A DNA stretch of 64,000 nt. It comes from Candidatus Acetothermia bacterium (GTDB lineage: Bacteria > Bipolaricaulota > Bipolaricaulia > RBG-16-55-9 > JANLFV01). The position numbers and the translations under genes were made by a program. The notes under the pieces are model-generated. The model ran no database searches and had not been told where the DNA came from. It worked only from the letters and a program-made list of their open reading frames with translations. The stretch is taken from positions 9,179 to 73,178 of the forward strand of contig JANLFV010000001.1 in NCBI GenBank assembly GCA_024653345.1, in the 5' to 3' direction. How positions within the stretch are numbered: position 1 is the first letter of the stretch; every line of letters starts with the position of its first letter. Shown one piece after another: positions 56,522 to 64,000 of the stretch.

Positions 56522-56773
56522 ATGAGGCTCCTCAGGTATGTAAGGCTCATCCCCCCGCTCCTTAGGCTCTTGGCCCAGCTCGGCTGGCTGGCCTTAGGGA
56601 TGGCGGTGGCGAAGCGGGGAGCCCGACACGCTTACAAGAAGGCATTGGAACGCGCCGGGCTCCCCGAGCCGTTCATCGCCGAATTGGTCACCGACTACAA
56701 TTTGAGCTTTAGAGGACTCCTCCGCAGCAGGTGCTCGAGATCTGGGAGAAGATCTACGGGGGATCGATCTTGA
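56522..56773 (+). CDS. Small hypothetical protein
   Basis: Follows previous gene by 9 nt; YKKALERAGLP motif resembles the neighbour's. Confidence 0.65.
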   Translation: MRLLRYVRLIPPLLRLLAQLGWLALGMAVAKRGARHAYKKALERAGLPEPFIAELVTDYNLSFRGLLRSRCSRSGRRSTGDRS

Positions 56774-56838
56774 TCAGGCTAGCGGAGGGGAGAAGCCCCC
56801 GCCCCTCCTCTCACCAATTGTTCTCAGCGCCAGCTTAC

Positions 56839-57618
56839 TCATGTCGGCGGCGGTGGTGGTGGCAGCTCTTCCGGTTTCTCTTCCTCAGCAAATAGCTCCT
56901 CCGCGGGTGGAATCGCTCTCAGGTGCATACAGATATCTAAAGGCCACCCCAAATCCTCACATATGCCGAGGGGCCCATACGCTGCATCACCGATCCCCCA
57001 CATATTGATCACCCATTGGATGCCTGGCACCTCCTGTGGAGCTACTAGGCTGCTTAGGCCATCCAGCCCCGCAGAGGCTTGCCCGCTTGCCATTGGCACA
57101 AAGGCCATCGTGAGCGGGAAGATCCGGTCTGGATTGCGGTTCGGCACCTCGACCTTTACTCCCCGCGGGATAACAAGCTCTACCAAGGCAAAGTCCTGCT
57201 CTGCGACGAACAGCAGCAGGGGCAGGCGCGGCGGCCAGCTCTGATCGAAGCGATCGAAGCGCCTATCAGAGATCCACAGGACCAGGTAGTAGCCGCTTGC
57301 AGGGATAGCCACATCCGAGATTTGCATGGCCTGTTCCGCGGCCAGCCTGGCGATCGGGAAGCCTTGCTCTAGGAATCTCAGGCCGTCGCGCGGGCTGGCG
57401 TGTTGGAGCGTCAGAAAGGCCCTATTCCCCGGCCCGAGCTCCACCGGCTCGGAGGAGAAGGAATAGACCCCGAACGCTAGCCCGGTTTGAACACGCCGGA
57501 CCACTGCCTGGGGCCGCTGCAAGAAGTCCGCGCTCACATCCTGGGGCATCCCTCCCGCAACTGAACCGAGCAACATCAGCAGAGCCAGCGTCGTCACAAT
57601 CTTCCAGTTCCTCTTCAT
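56839..57618 (-). CDS. Secreted hypothetical protein with C-terminal poly-Pro
   Basis: SD GGGAGGT; signal peptide MKRNWKIV...; ends ELPPPPPPT. Confidence 0.8.
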   Translation of the reverse strand: MKRNWKIVTTLALLMLLGSVAGGMPQDVSADFLQRPQAVVRRVQTGLAFGVYSFSSEPVELGPGNRAFLTLQHASPRDGLRFLEQGFPIARLAAEQAMQISDVAIPASGYYLVLWISDRRFDRFDQSWPPRLPLLLFVAEQDFALVELVIPRGVKVEVPNRNPDRIFPLTMAFVPMASGQASAGLDGLSSLVAPQEVPGIQWVINMWGIGDAAYGPLGICEDLGWPLDICMHLRAIPPAEELFAEEEKPEELPPPPPPT

Positions 57619-57721
57619 TGCTCTTTACCTCCCTCTTCCCCTTGGGCTTATGCCTCTCAAGGCGCGACTAGAAGATGGTGTTGCCTCCTGATCTCCCCCG
57701 TGGCCTCTTTCTCCATCCAGA

Positions 57722-58189
57722 TCAGCGGATCAACGTGACCCTTACGCCCTCGTTACTGAGCGTGGCATCGATGATTAGGGTATGCCCCGGCTGGTCCAGC
57801 TCGGTGGGTGGGGACTTATGCGCGCACCTGGGGTTGAGCTTTAACCTGACATTCTTGACCGTTAGGATAGTTGCGCCCGTGGCCATGGCGGCAGAGCCCC
57901 TCGTGACCGTTCCGTCCCCGTTCAAGCCGACCCAGGAGATCACACAGTCATTTTCGCCGGCCATCACGAAGCCGGTGGCTTCAGAGGCGGCCCAGAGCTC
58001 GCTCATGACCACGCGGAAGGGAATCCAGTGGGGGAAAGGAATTTCAGCCACCTTACCTGGCTCGACAGTAATGACCTAGCCTTTGGGGTAATACGCAGTA
58101 ACCTGGGCGACAACGATGTAGGCCACTAAGGCCAGCACCGCCAGCGACAGCCCCAGCACTCCCCAAACCTTCCAGTTGCGCATCTTCAT
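57722..58189 (-). pseudogene. Secreted hypothetical protein (155 codons) interrupted by in-frame TAG at codon 38
   Basis: SD AGGAGGTG plus ATG 58189, signal peptide MKMRNWKVW...VVA-Q, TAG at 58076-58078, same frame continues as the 57722..58051 ORF. Confidence 0.75.
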
Positions 58190-58246
58190 CGCGCACCTCC
58201 TTTACCTTCGATCCGGCCATCTAGGCCGAGGTCGAGTTTCGACTGG

Positions 58247-58279
58247 AGTATAGACCCCGGGTCTAAAAAATCTCCAAAA
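58247..58279 (-). promoter_or_regulatory. SARP-like activator box plus -10, copy 1
   Basis: TTTTGGA-GATT-TTTTAGA-9 nt-TATACT. Confidence 0.75.
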
Positions 58280-58356
58280 TCCGGACCTGGTGAAGGATAT
58301 CTCGGCATGGAAGAGGCCGCCCTTTGCCGATCGCTCGCTTTGCCGTAAAATTCGAA

Positions 58357-58791
58357 GTGGGCGGTATAACGGAAAGGGGCTGTGAGGGTGGGGCCTTTGA
58401 GGTTGAAATCAATGCGCGGAATTGGCAGAACCGCTTCCTCCCGGAGGAGGAGCGCGGCGAGGAGATCGTCTGCAAGGCGCTGATGGACACCGGCGCGGTC
58501 CAGTTGTCCCTGCCTGTGGAGCTTGTGGAGAGGCTCAAGCTGTTAGAGCTTGGTAAAGTCAAGGTATACACAGCGGATGGGGGCGAGCACGAGTATCGAG
58601 TTATGGGGATCGCCGAGGTCGAGGTCCAGGGCCGATCTTGCCGAGTCCAGGTCATTGAGCTCCCTCGGGGGGCAAGGCCCTTGCTTGGAGCGATCCCGCT
58701 CGAAGAGATGGATTGGCACATCTCGTCGGTGGAGAAGAGGCTAGTCCCTAACCCTAGGTCGCCCGACGAGCCGCTACTGCCGTTGTGCTAG
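58357..58791 (+). CDS. Clan AA (retropepsin-like) aspartic protease, start uncertain
   Basis: ALMDTGA, YTADG flap, PLLGAIPLE. Confidence 0.85.
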   Translation: MGGITERGCEGGAFEVEINARNWQNRFLPEEERGEEIVCKALMDTGAVQLSLPVELVERLKLLELGKVKVYTADGGEHEYRVMGIAEVEVQGRSCRVQVIELPRGARPLLGAIPLEEMDWHISSVEKRLVPNPRSPDEPLLPLC

Positions 58792-59162
58792 AGGGAGTGA
58801 ATCCGCACGGTGCCCTGGGGAAAGTCAAGCTCTAGACGCCAATCCGCAAGGAATCCCACACCAATTAGAGCTTCCTCCCCTTCGGTGAGCAAGATCTCCA
58901 CCTCCCGGCTAGGCTGTCCGGCAAAACCTGCTCGGCCAATGAAGACCAGCTCGCTCTTAATTGAGCCATCGGCTAGCTCCGTCCGCTGAGCGCCGTAAAG
59001 CTCCAAACCCAGCTCAATCGCCACTGCCACCGGCAGACAGAGATAGCCATCGAAGCCTGTATCAATCACCGCGTCTAAAGTCGCATCTCTCCTGGCTCCC
59101 TGGATAGTGATCGCGACTCGCGGCTGGTGGTATTCATCAAAATGCCCTTGAATTACGAGCAT
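58788..59162 (-). CDS. Clan AA aspartic protease
   Basis: AVIDTGFDGYL, ELADG, ALIG..FL. Confidence 0.88.
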   Translation of the reverse strand: MLVIQGHFDEYHQPRVAITIQGARRDATLDAVIDTGFDGYLCLPVAVAIELGLELYGAQRTELADGSIKSELVFIGRAGFAGQPSREVEILLTEGEEALIGVGFLADWRLELDFPQGTVRIHSL

Positions 59163-59167
59163 GGAGT

Positions 59168-59413
59168 TCAGCGGCGGATGTGCACTGTGGGAAAGCCCAC
59201 TTTCACGAAATAGAAGGGCTTATCCGGATACTTCTGCCTCGCCTTTTTCCCCGCCTCGACTACAGACTCGCCCAAGAAGTAATCGCCAGATTCGACCTCG
59301 ATGGCAACGATTTTGCCATTATGACCCGGCTCTAATTGATCCTTCAAGCGCTGGTAAATCTCCTGGCCTCGGGCGACCAACTGCTCCTTGTTAACAGCCA
59401 ATGTCCCTTCCAT
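59168..59413 (-). CDS. Small DUF5678-like partner of the aspartic protease
   Basis: GKIVAIEVESGDYFLG...AR.KYPDK.FYFVKVG. Confidence 0.7.
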   Translation of the reverse strand: MEGTLAVNKEQLVARGQEIYQRLKDQLEPGHNGKIVAIEVESGDYFLGESVVEAGKKARQKYPDKPFYFVKVGFPTVHIRR

Positions 59414-59546
59414 AGATGTCAGCCCCTCTCCTTGGTAAGATGCTAACGGAAAGGGCGGTTCCCTGCAACTTGGTATAGCATCCCCGCGGTGTGCAAATCC
59501 AAACGGGGCAGGCGGCCGCGAGACAAGATCGGAATGCCCCTAAAGC

Positions 59547-59580
59547 CTGAGGCCCCGAGGCGAGGCCCTCGGGGCTTCAG
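59547..59580 (-). terminator. Terminator-like hairpin after the 59607..60350 gene
   Basis: 14-bp stem CTGAGGCCCCGAGG/CCTCGGGGCTTCAG; GCTTT follows on the minus strand. Confidence 0.65.
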
Positions 59581-59606
59581 CCGATCCCGAACAAACCTTC
59601 CTTAGC

Positions 59607-60350
59607 CTAGTCCGTCGCCGTCTCAGGGCGCAGTGGGGCCAAGATCCCGCCGTCATCATAGGCCCTTGCCGCCCCTAGCATCTCTTCCGGAGAGTGATAC
59701 CTGGCATCGGGGTAGAAGATGAGTGCCGCGATGTCCTTGATATCGACCTTGCCATTGGGAGATATCTGAACCCTGATCAGGGCCATGAACCAGTTCAAAT
59801 CCAGCATCCCCGGTGGGAGCTTGGCGATAGCTAGCAGCTCCGGTGGAAGCTTGACCCCAAGGATCGGGGCATTCGCCATCCACATCAGGAAAGAGCCATC
59901 ATCGTAAGAGCGTGCGGCAGCTAAGGTCGGGAAGCACTGGCCTCTGTCGATGATCTGGAACGGCACCAATGCTTTCATCCCGCCGATGAAGGCCCCGCGC
60001 TGGAGCTGGTCGAACCTGAGCAGGGCCTGGATCCCACTATACTCCGGGTTCATGAATGTCTTGAAGTATTGGCCGTCATAAGCGAGCGGCCAGCTACCAT
60101 CATCAAGGGACCTTGCTGCCCGCAAAAGATCTGGCTCGAAGGGAAGCTTAGCTCTCAGCCCGTCATCCATCTCTGGCGGAAGCGGGGTTATAGCACAGGG
60201 ATAAACTGGTGGCGGCGGAGGAGACGGCTCCGGCGGCGGTGGCGGCGTGGGCGGCGGCCCGACGGTCGAGGCTCCCGCGAGCACGAGGAGGCCCCCGGCC
60301 ACGGCCAGCGCCAGCAGGAAGAGCGCCAAGAGCATTGTCTTCCTCTTCAT
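59607..60350 (-). CDS. Secreted hypothetical protein with N-terminal poly-Pro and three AARxxDDG motifs
   Basis: SD AAAGGAGGTGA; signal peptide; PPPTPPPPPEPSPPPPP. Confidence 0.82.
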   Translation of the reverse strand: MKRKTMLLALFLLALAVAGGLLVLAGASTVGPPPTPPPPPEPSPPPPPVYPCAITPLPPEMDDGLRAKLPFEPDLLRAARSLDDGSWPLAYDGQYFKTFMNPEYSGIQALLRFDQLQRGAFIGGMKALVPFQIIDRGQCFPTLAAARSYDDGSFLMWMANAPILGVKLPPELLAIAKLPPGMLDLNWFMALIRVQISPNGKVDIKDIAALIFYPDARYHSPEEMLGAARAYDDGGILAPLRPETATD

Positions 60351-60384
60351 CGTCGTTCACCTCCTTTCGGATCGAATCCAACAG

Positions 60385-60417
60385 ATTATAACCCCGGGCT
60401 CTAAAAAATCTCTAAAA
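60385..60417 (-). promoter_or_regulatory. SARP-like activator box plus -10, copy 2
   Basis: TTTTAGA-GATT-TTTTAGA-9 nt-TATAAT. Confidence 0.75.
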
Positions 60418-60581
60418 TGACACTCGAACCCTATGGTTGAAGGCTCCAGCCCCGCCGGTTATACTGCCAACGGGCAGGAAACCACGGCAAGCCCGGGAGG
60501 GTATATGACGCTGAGGCCACCCGAGCAGTCAGGCAGAAGAGGAATTATAAGTTCATAATAGATCAGAGGGCAGGGGCGCGC

Positions 60582-63500
60582 ATGGGGCCCTTGAGGATCT
60601 ATCTGCTCGGCGAGCTTCGTGTTTATGCTGGCGAGGAGAGGATCGCTCTCCCGACCAAGCCGATCAAGGCCCTCTTTGCTTATCTTGTGACCCACCGCGA
60701 GCGGGGCTATCCCCCGGAGATGCTGGCCGGGACCTTCTGGGGCGAGGCGAGCGAGGAGAGGGCCCGGGCGAGCTTGAATAATGCTCTCTCTGCCCTCCGA
60801 CGGGCCCTGTCCGGTAGCATCGTTGTGGAGTATGGGAATCTCCGGTTTAACTCTAAGATCGAGTGCTGGCTCGATGTGGCGGAGTTCGAGGAGAGGCTAA
60901 GAGAGAGCCGGGGGCTCAAGCGGCCCGAGGAGAGATTGGGTCCCCTCCGGAGGGCGGTCGAGCTCTACCGCGGCGACTTCCTCGAGGGCTTCTACGACGA
61001 CTGGGCTATCGTCGAGCAGGAGCGGCTGCGCGAACTTTACCTGCAGGCATTGAGAGAGCTGGTTGGCTGCCACAGAGCCCTGAAGGAATACAGTCGAGCC
61101 ATCGAGTGCTGTCGAAAGATCCTCGCGCTCAGCCCCTTAAGGGAGGAGATTCATCGGGAGCTCATGTATCTTCACTACACCCTCGGCGATCGGAATGCCG
61201 CTCTTCTCCAGTATCAGGAGTGCTACAAGGTATTGAAAGAGGAGTTGAAGGTCAAACCCCTCCCGGAGACGAAGGCCCTCTATGAAGAGATTCGAGAGCA
61301 GGCCGAATTGGCGGGCTTGGAGCTCATCTCAGATCGACTCGCTCGGGCCAAGCTCCTCCTGGCCCGTTACCCCGAGCTCAGAGCCCCGTTCATCGGCCGG
61401 GCCGAGGAGCTGGCCAGGCTTGTTGCGACTTGGGAGAGGGCGAAGGCCGGCCAGGGCAGTTTGCTCCTGATCGCCGGTGAGGCCGGGGCGGGGAAGACCA
61501 GACTGGTCCGTGAGTTTCTCGGCCTGATCAGCAGAGAAGAACCCTCGGTCCTGATCGGAAACTGCTATCGCCCGGGCACTGGCCCCGGGCTCCCCTATCA
61601 GCCGTTACGGGAGGCTCTCAGGGATTATCTGCCGCGGGTCGACCCGGCCCGATTGAAGCGGGTAAGGTCCTCCTGGCTCGAGGAAGTGGCCAAGCTCGTC
61701 CCTGAACTGAGCGATCTTGCGAGAGTCCCGGTCCCGGAACGCCTCCCTGTCCCCCTCCAGCCGGAGGAGCAGTGGCGGCTCACTATCGCCCTAACTCAAT
61801 CGCTCATCGCCCTGGCTGAGGCGACCCAGCCTGAGCCAAGGCCCCTCTTGCTGGTCCTTGACGACCTCCACCAAGCCGACGAGAGCACCATCCAGTATCT
61901 CGACTATCTGGCCCACCACCTCCCGAGGGAGAGGATCTTGCTCCTCGGGACCTACCGGACTGAGGAAGTCCCGAGGCCTCTGGAGGAGTTGATCGCCCAA
62001 CTCCAGCCCCGGGGCCTCCTGGAGCAGGTAAGCCTGGGCCGTCTCTCCCAGGAGGAGGCGGCTAGCCTGATCAGGCAGATGTTGAATCTCAGTGGAGAAG
62101 AGGAATTCATCGAGAAGGTCTACCTCGAGACTGGGGGCAATCCTCTCTTCATCATCGAGCTGATGAAGTCTCTCATCGAGGGCGGGGCTCTTTCCATCGA
62201 AGAAGGCCAGTGGCGGATCCCCTCGGCCGGGGCGATTGAAGCTCATATCCCTCCAACGATCCGTGAGCTCGTCTCCGTCAGGCTGCGGCGGCTCAGCCAC
62301 CAGAGGAGGGAATTGCTCGGCCTCGCGGCCGTCTCCGGCCAGGAGCTCGACCTTGAGGTCCTGGCCCGTGTCGATGGGCTTAAGGAGAGCGAGCTGGCGG
62401 AGGCGATCGAGGAACTTACCGATGCCCATTTCCTGGAGGAGCGGGAGGGCAGCTATCGCTTCTCGCATGAGCTGGTCCGTCAGGCGGTGTATGACAGCCT
62501 TGGGCCGCTCAAGCGCCGGCGACTCCATCTCCAGCTTGGGGAGGCCCTGGAGTTGGCCGCTCCTCACAGGGTCGAGGAGCTGGGTCATCACTTCTATCAA
62601 GGCCAGAGGTGGGAGCGGGCCTTCGCCTACCTGATGGAGGCCGCGGGGCGGGCCGAGAGGACCTATGCCCTCGGGGAGGCTCTCAGTTACCTCGATATGG
62701 CCGGGGAGGCCCTGCACCGGCTAAGGCCCCAGGGCCGGGGAGAAAGGGTTCAGCTCTTGGCCCGGGAGTTCGAGCTCCTCCAAAGGCGGGCCCGAATTTG
62801 TGGCACCCTGGGCCGGCGGAAAGAGCAGGAGGCGGGGATCAGGCGGCTCTTCTCGCTGGCCGAGGAGCTTGGGGACGAGGCCAAGCTGGCCGAGGCCCAG
62901 CACCAGCATGTCGAGCTTCTCCTCTCCCAGGGAGAATTCCAAGAGGCCCGGATCGAGGCAGAGAAAGAGCTTGCGATCCGCATCAAGCTGGGGGACAAGC
63001 GGGGCGAGGCCCTCTGTTTGAGGTGCCTGACCGCGGTGTGCACGCACATCGCCGACTATCCCAGTGCGCTGGAGCATTGCAAGCGGTCTATGGAAGTATT
63101 CCGCGAGCTAGGGGACTCTCGAGGCGAGGCCGCCGCGCTGGGGGACTCCGGGCTGATCTATTGGTATCTTGGGCAGTATGAGCAGGCGGGGGCTGCACTC
63201 GAGAGAGCCCACACGCTCAGCGGGGAGGCCGGGGACAGGCAGGCCCAGGGGCGGCTCCTGAACAACCTTGGGGCCTTCCGCTGGCGGCTGGGGGACTACA
63301 CGAGGGCCCTGGAAGCCTTCACATCGGCCAGCCAGCTCGCGCAGGAGGCTGGCGATCGCCGGGGCGAGTTGAATGCCCTGGGGAACATCGCAGCGCTCTG
63401 GGCCTCTCTCGGGAGGTATGAGGAGGCCAAGGACCTCCAAGAGCAGGCCCTCTCTGGGAGGCGTGAGATCAGGGATCGGCGGGGAGAGGCCCTGAGCCTC

Positions 63501-64000
63501 TACAACCTTGGGATCGTCGAGCGCTCCCTCGGCCGGCCCACCCGGGCGATCCGATACCTCAACGACTCCCTCGAGATATGCTGCGCGACCGACGACAGGA
63601 GGAGGGAGGCCGTGGCTCGCAATGAGCTGGGGTTCACTTACCTGTCCATAGGAAGAACTGAGGAAGCTCTGGAGCAGCTCCGGCAGGCCAAGGCCATAAA
63701 CTCCCGGCTGAACGACTCGGTCGTCGAGGTCGAGAACCTCGCCTATTGCAGTCTGGCCCATCTCTTCAGGGGGGAGGCGGAGACGGCCTTGGAGTGCTCA
63801 GCCCGGGCGGTGGCGCTCCTCGAGGCCGGGGTGATCCCCGAGGCTCCGCAGCTGGTCTATTTCGCCCATTCAAAGGCACTGGCGGCGAGAGGGGTCAAGG
63901 CCGCGGCCGCGAGCTACCTGGAGAAGGCGGCAGCCGAAGTTCATAAGCGGGCCGATAATCTCAAGGACAGCCGCCTGCGAGAGAGCTTCCTCAATAGCGG
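60582..64000 (+). CDS. AfsR/SARP-type regulator: wHTH-BTAD-STAND ATPase-TPR (>1139 aa, 3'-truncated; missing from ORF track)
   Basis: MGPLRIYLLGEL, LAGTFW...SLNNALSALRR, AVELYRGDFLEG; Walker A GEAGAGKT (61476), Walker B LLVLDDLH, GGNPLF, FSHELVR, many LNNLG-type TPRs; all checked motifs are in one frame. Confidence 0.93.
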   Translation, partial: MGPLRIYLLGELRVYAGEERIALPTKPIKALFAYLVTHRERGYPPEMLAGTFWGEASEERARASLNNALSALRRALSGSIVVEYGNLRFNSKIECWLDVAEFEERLRESRGLKRPEERLGPLRRAVELYRGDFLEGFYDDWAIVEQERLRELYLQALRELVGCHRALKEYSRAIECCRKILALSPLREEIHRELMYLHYTLGDRNAALLQYQECYKVLKEELKVKPLPETKALYEEIREQAELAGLELISDRLARAKLLLARYPELRAPFIGRAEELARLVATWERAKAGQGSLLLIAGEAGAGKTRLVREFLGLISREEPSVLIGNCYRPGTGPGLPYQPLREALRDYLPRVDPARLKRVRSSWLEEVAKLVPELSDLARVPVPERLPVPLQPEEQWRLTIALTQSLIALAEATQPEPRPLLLVLDDLHQADESTIQYLDYLAHHLPRERILLLGTYRTEEVPRPLEELIAQLQPRGLLEQVSLGRLSQEEAASLIRQMLNLSGEEEFIEKVYLETGGNPLFIIELMKSLIEGGALSIEEGQWRIPSAGAIEAHIPPTIRELVSVRLRRLSHQRRELLGLAAVSGQELDLEVLARVDGLKESELAEAIEELTDAHFLEEREGSYRFSHELVRQAVYDSLGPLKRRRLHLQLGEALELAAPHRVEELGHHFYQGQRWERAFAYLMEAAGRAERTYALGEALSYLDMAGEALHRLRPQGRGERVQLLAREFELLQRRARICGTLGRRKEQEAGIRRLFSLAEELGDEAKLAEAQHQHVELLLSQGEFQEARIEAEKELAIRIKLGDKRGEALCLRCLTAVCTHIADYPSALEHCKRSMEVFRELGDSRGEAAALGDSGLIYWYLGQYEQAGAALERAHTLSGEAGDRQAQGRLLNNLGAFRWRLGDYTRALEAFTSASQLAQEAGDRRGELNALGNIAALWASLGRYEEAKDLQEQALSGRREIRDRRGEALSLYNLGIVERSLGRPTRAIRYLNDSLEICCATDDRRREAVARNELGFTYLSIGRTEEALEQLRQAKAINSRLNDSVVEVENLAYCSLAHLFRGEAETALECSARAVALLEAGVIPEAPQLVYFAHSKALAARGVKAAAASYLEKAAAEVHKRADNLKDSRLRESFLNS

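Noticed and set aside
285-63761. Many long antisense or overlapping ORFs in the track (e.g. 285..1142, 13449..14399, 44612..45622, 61791..62717)
   Set aside because: Shadow frames of real high-GC genes with no motifs or ribosome-binding sites
1-64000. CRISPR array, rRNA, integrase or transposase
   Set aside because: No regularly spaced repeats, rRNA signatures or recombinase motifs were seen

Overview
High-GC (roughly 65% by eye) bacterial chromosomal window from an anaerobe. The gene content and the mix of archaeal-type families suggest Bipolaricaulota/Acetothermia or a similar deep-branching lineage; this is inference and was not verified. Housekeeping genes: ftsA-ftsZ, dnaN, alaS, folE, thiL, argF, tsaC/sua5, ychF, sucD, infB-ylxP-rbfA, uvrB, pgk, glmS. 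Also present: two ABC systems, two M42 aminopeptidases, a BrnT/BrnA toxin-antitoxin pair, a coiled-coil/vWA surface protein, an ECF sigma/anti-sigma operon, and a 10-kb hdrD-hdrA(L)-nfnAB-mvhDGA-protease energy cluster. Best leads: (1) an AfsR/SARP-type wHTH-BTAD-STAND-TPR regulator at 60582 to >64000, which is absent from the ORF track. It is divergent from three unknown secreted proteins whose two promoters share a SARP-like box (two heptamers 11 bp apart, 9 bp from the -10). One target repeats an AARxxDDG motif and another has an in-frame TAG. (2) An unassigned, heavily base-paired ~250-nt intergenic element at 42261-42513 with a tRNA-like T-arm. (3) An unannotated 44-aa Cys/Glu metallothionein-like microprotein. 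(4) A 69-aa ubiquitin-like protein. (5) An HdrA insertion domain whose NAD(P)H motif is degenerate, encoded next to an intact NfnAB. No rRNA, canonical tRNA, CRISPR array or intact transposase was recognised. All calls come from reading the sequence; no searches were run.
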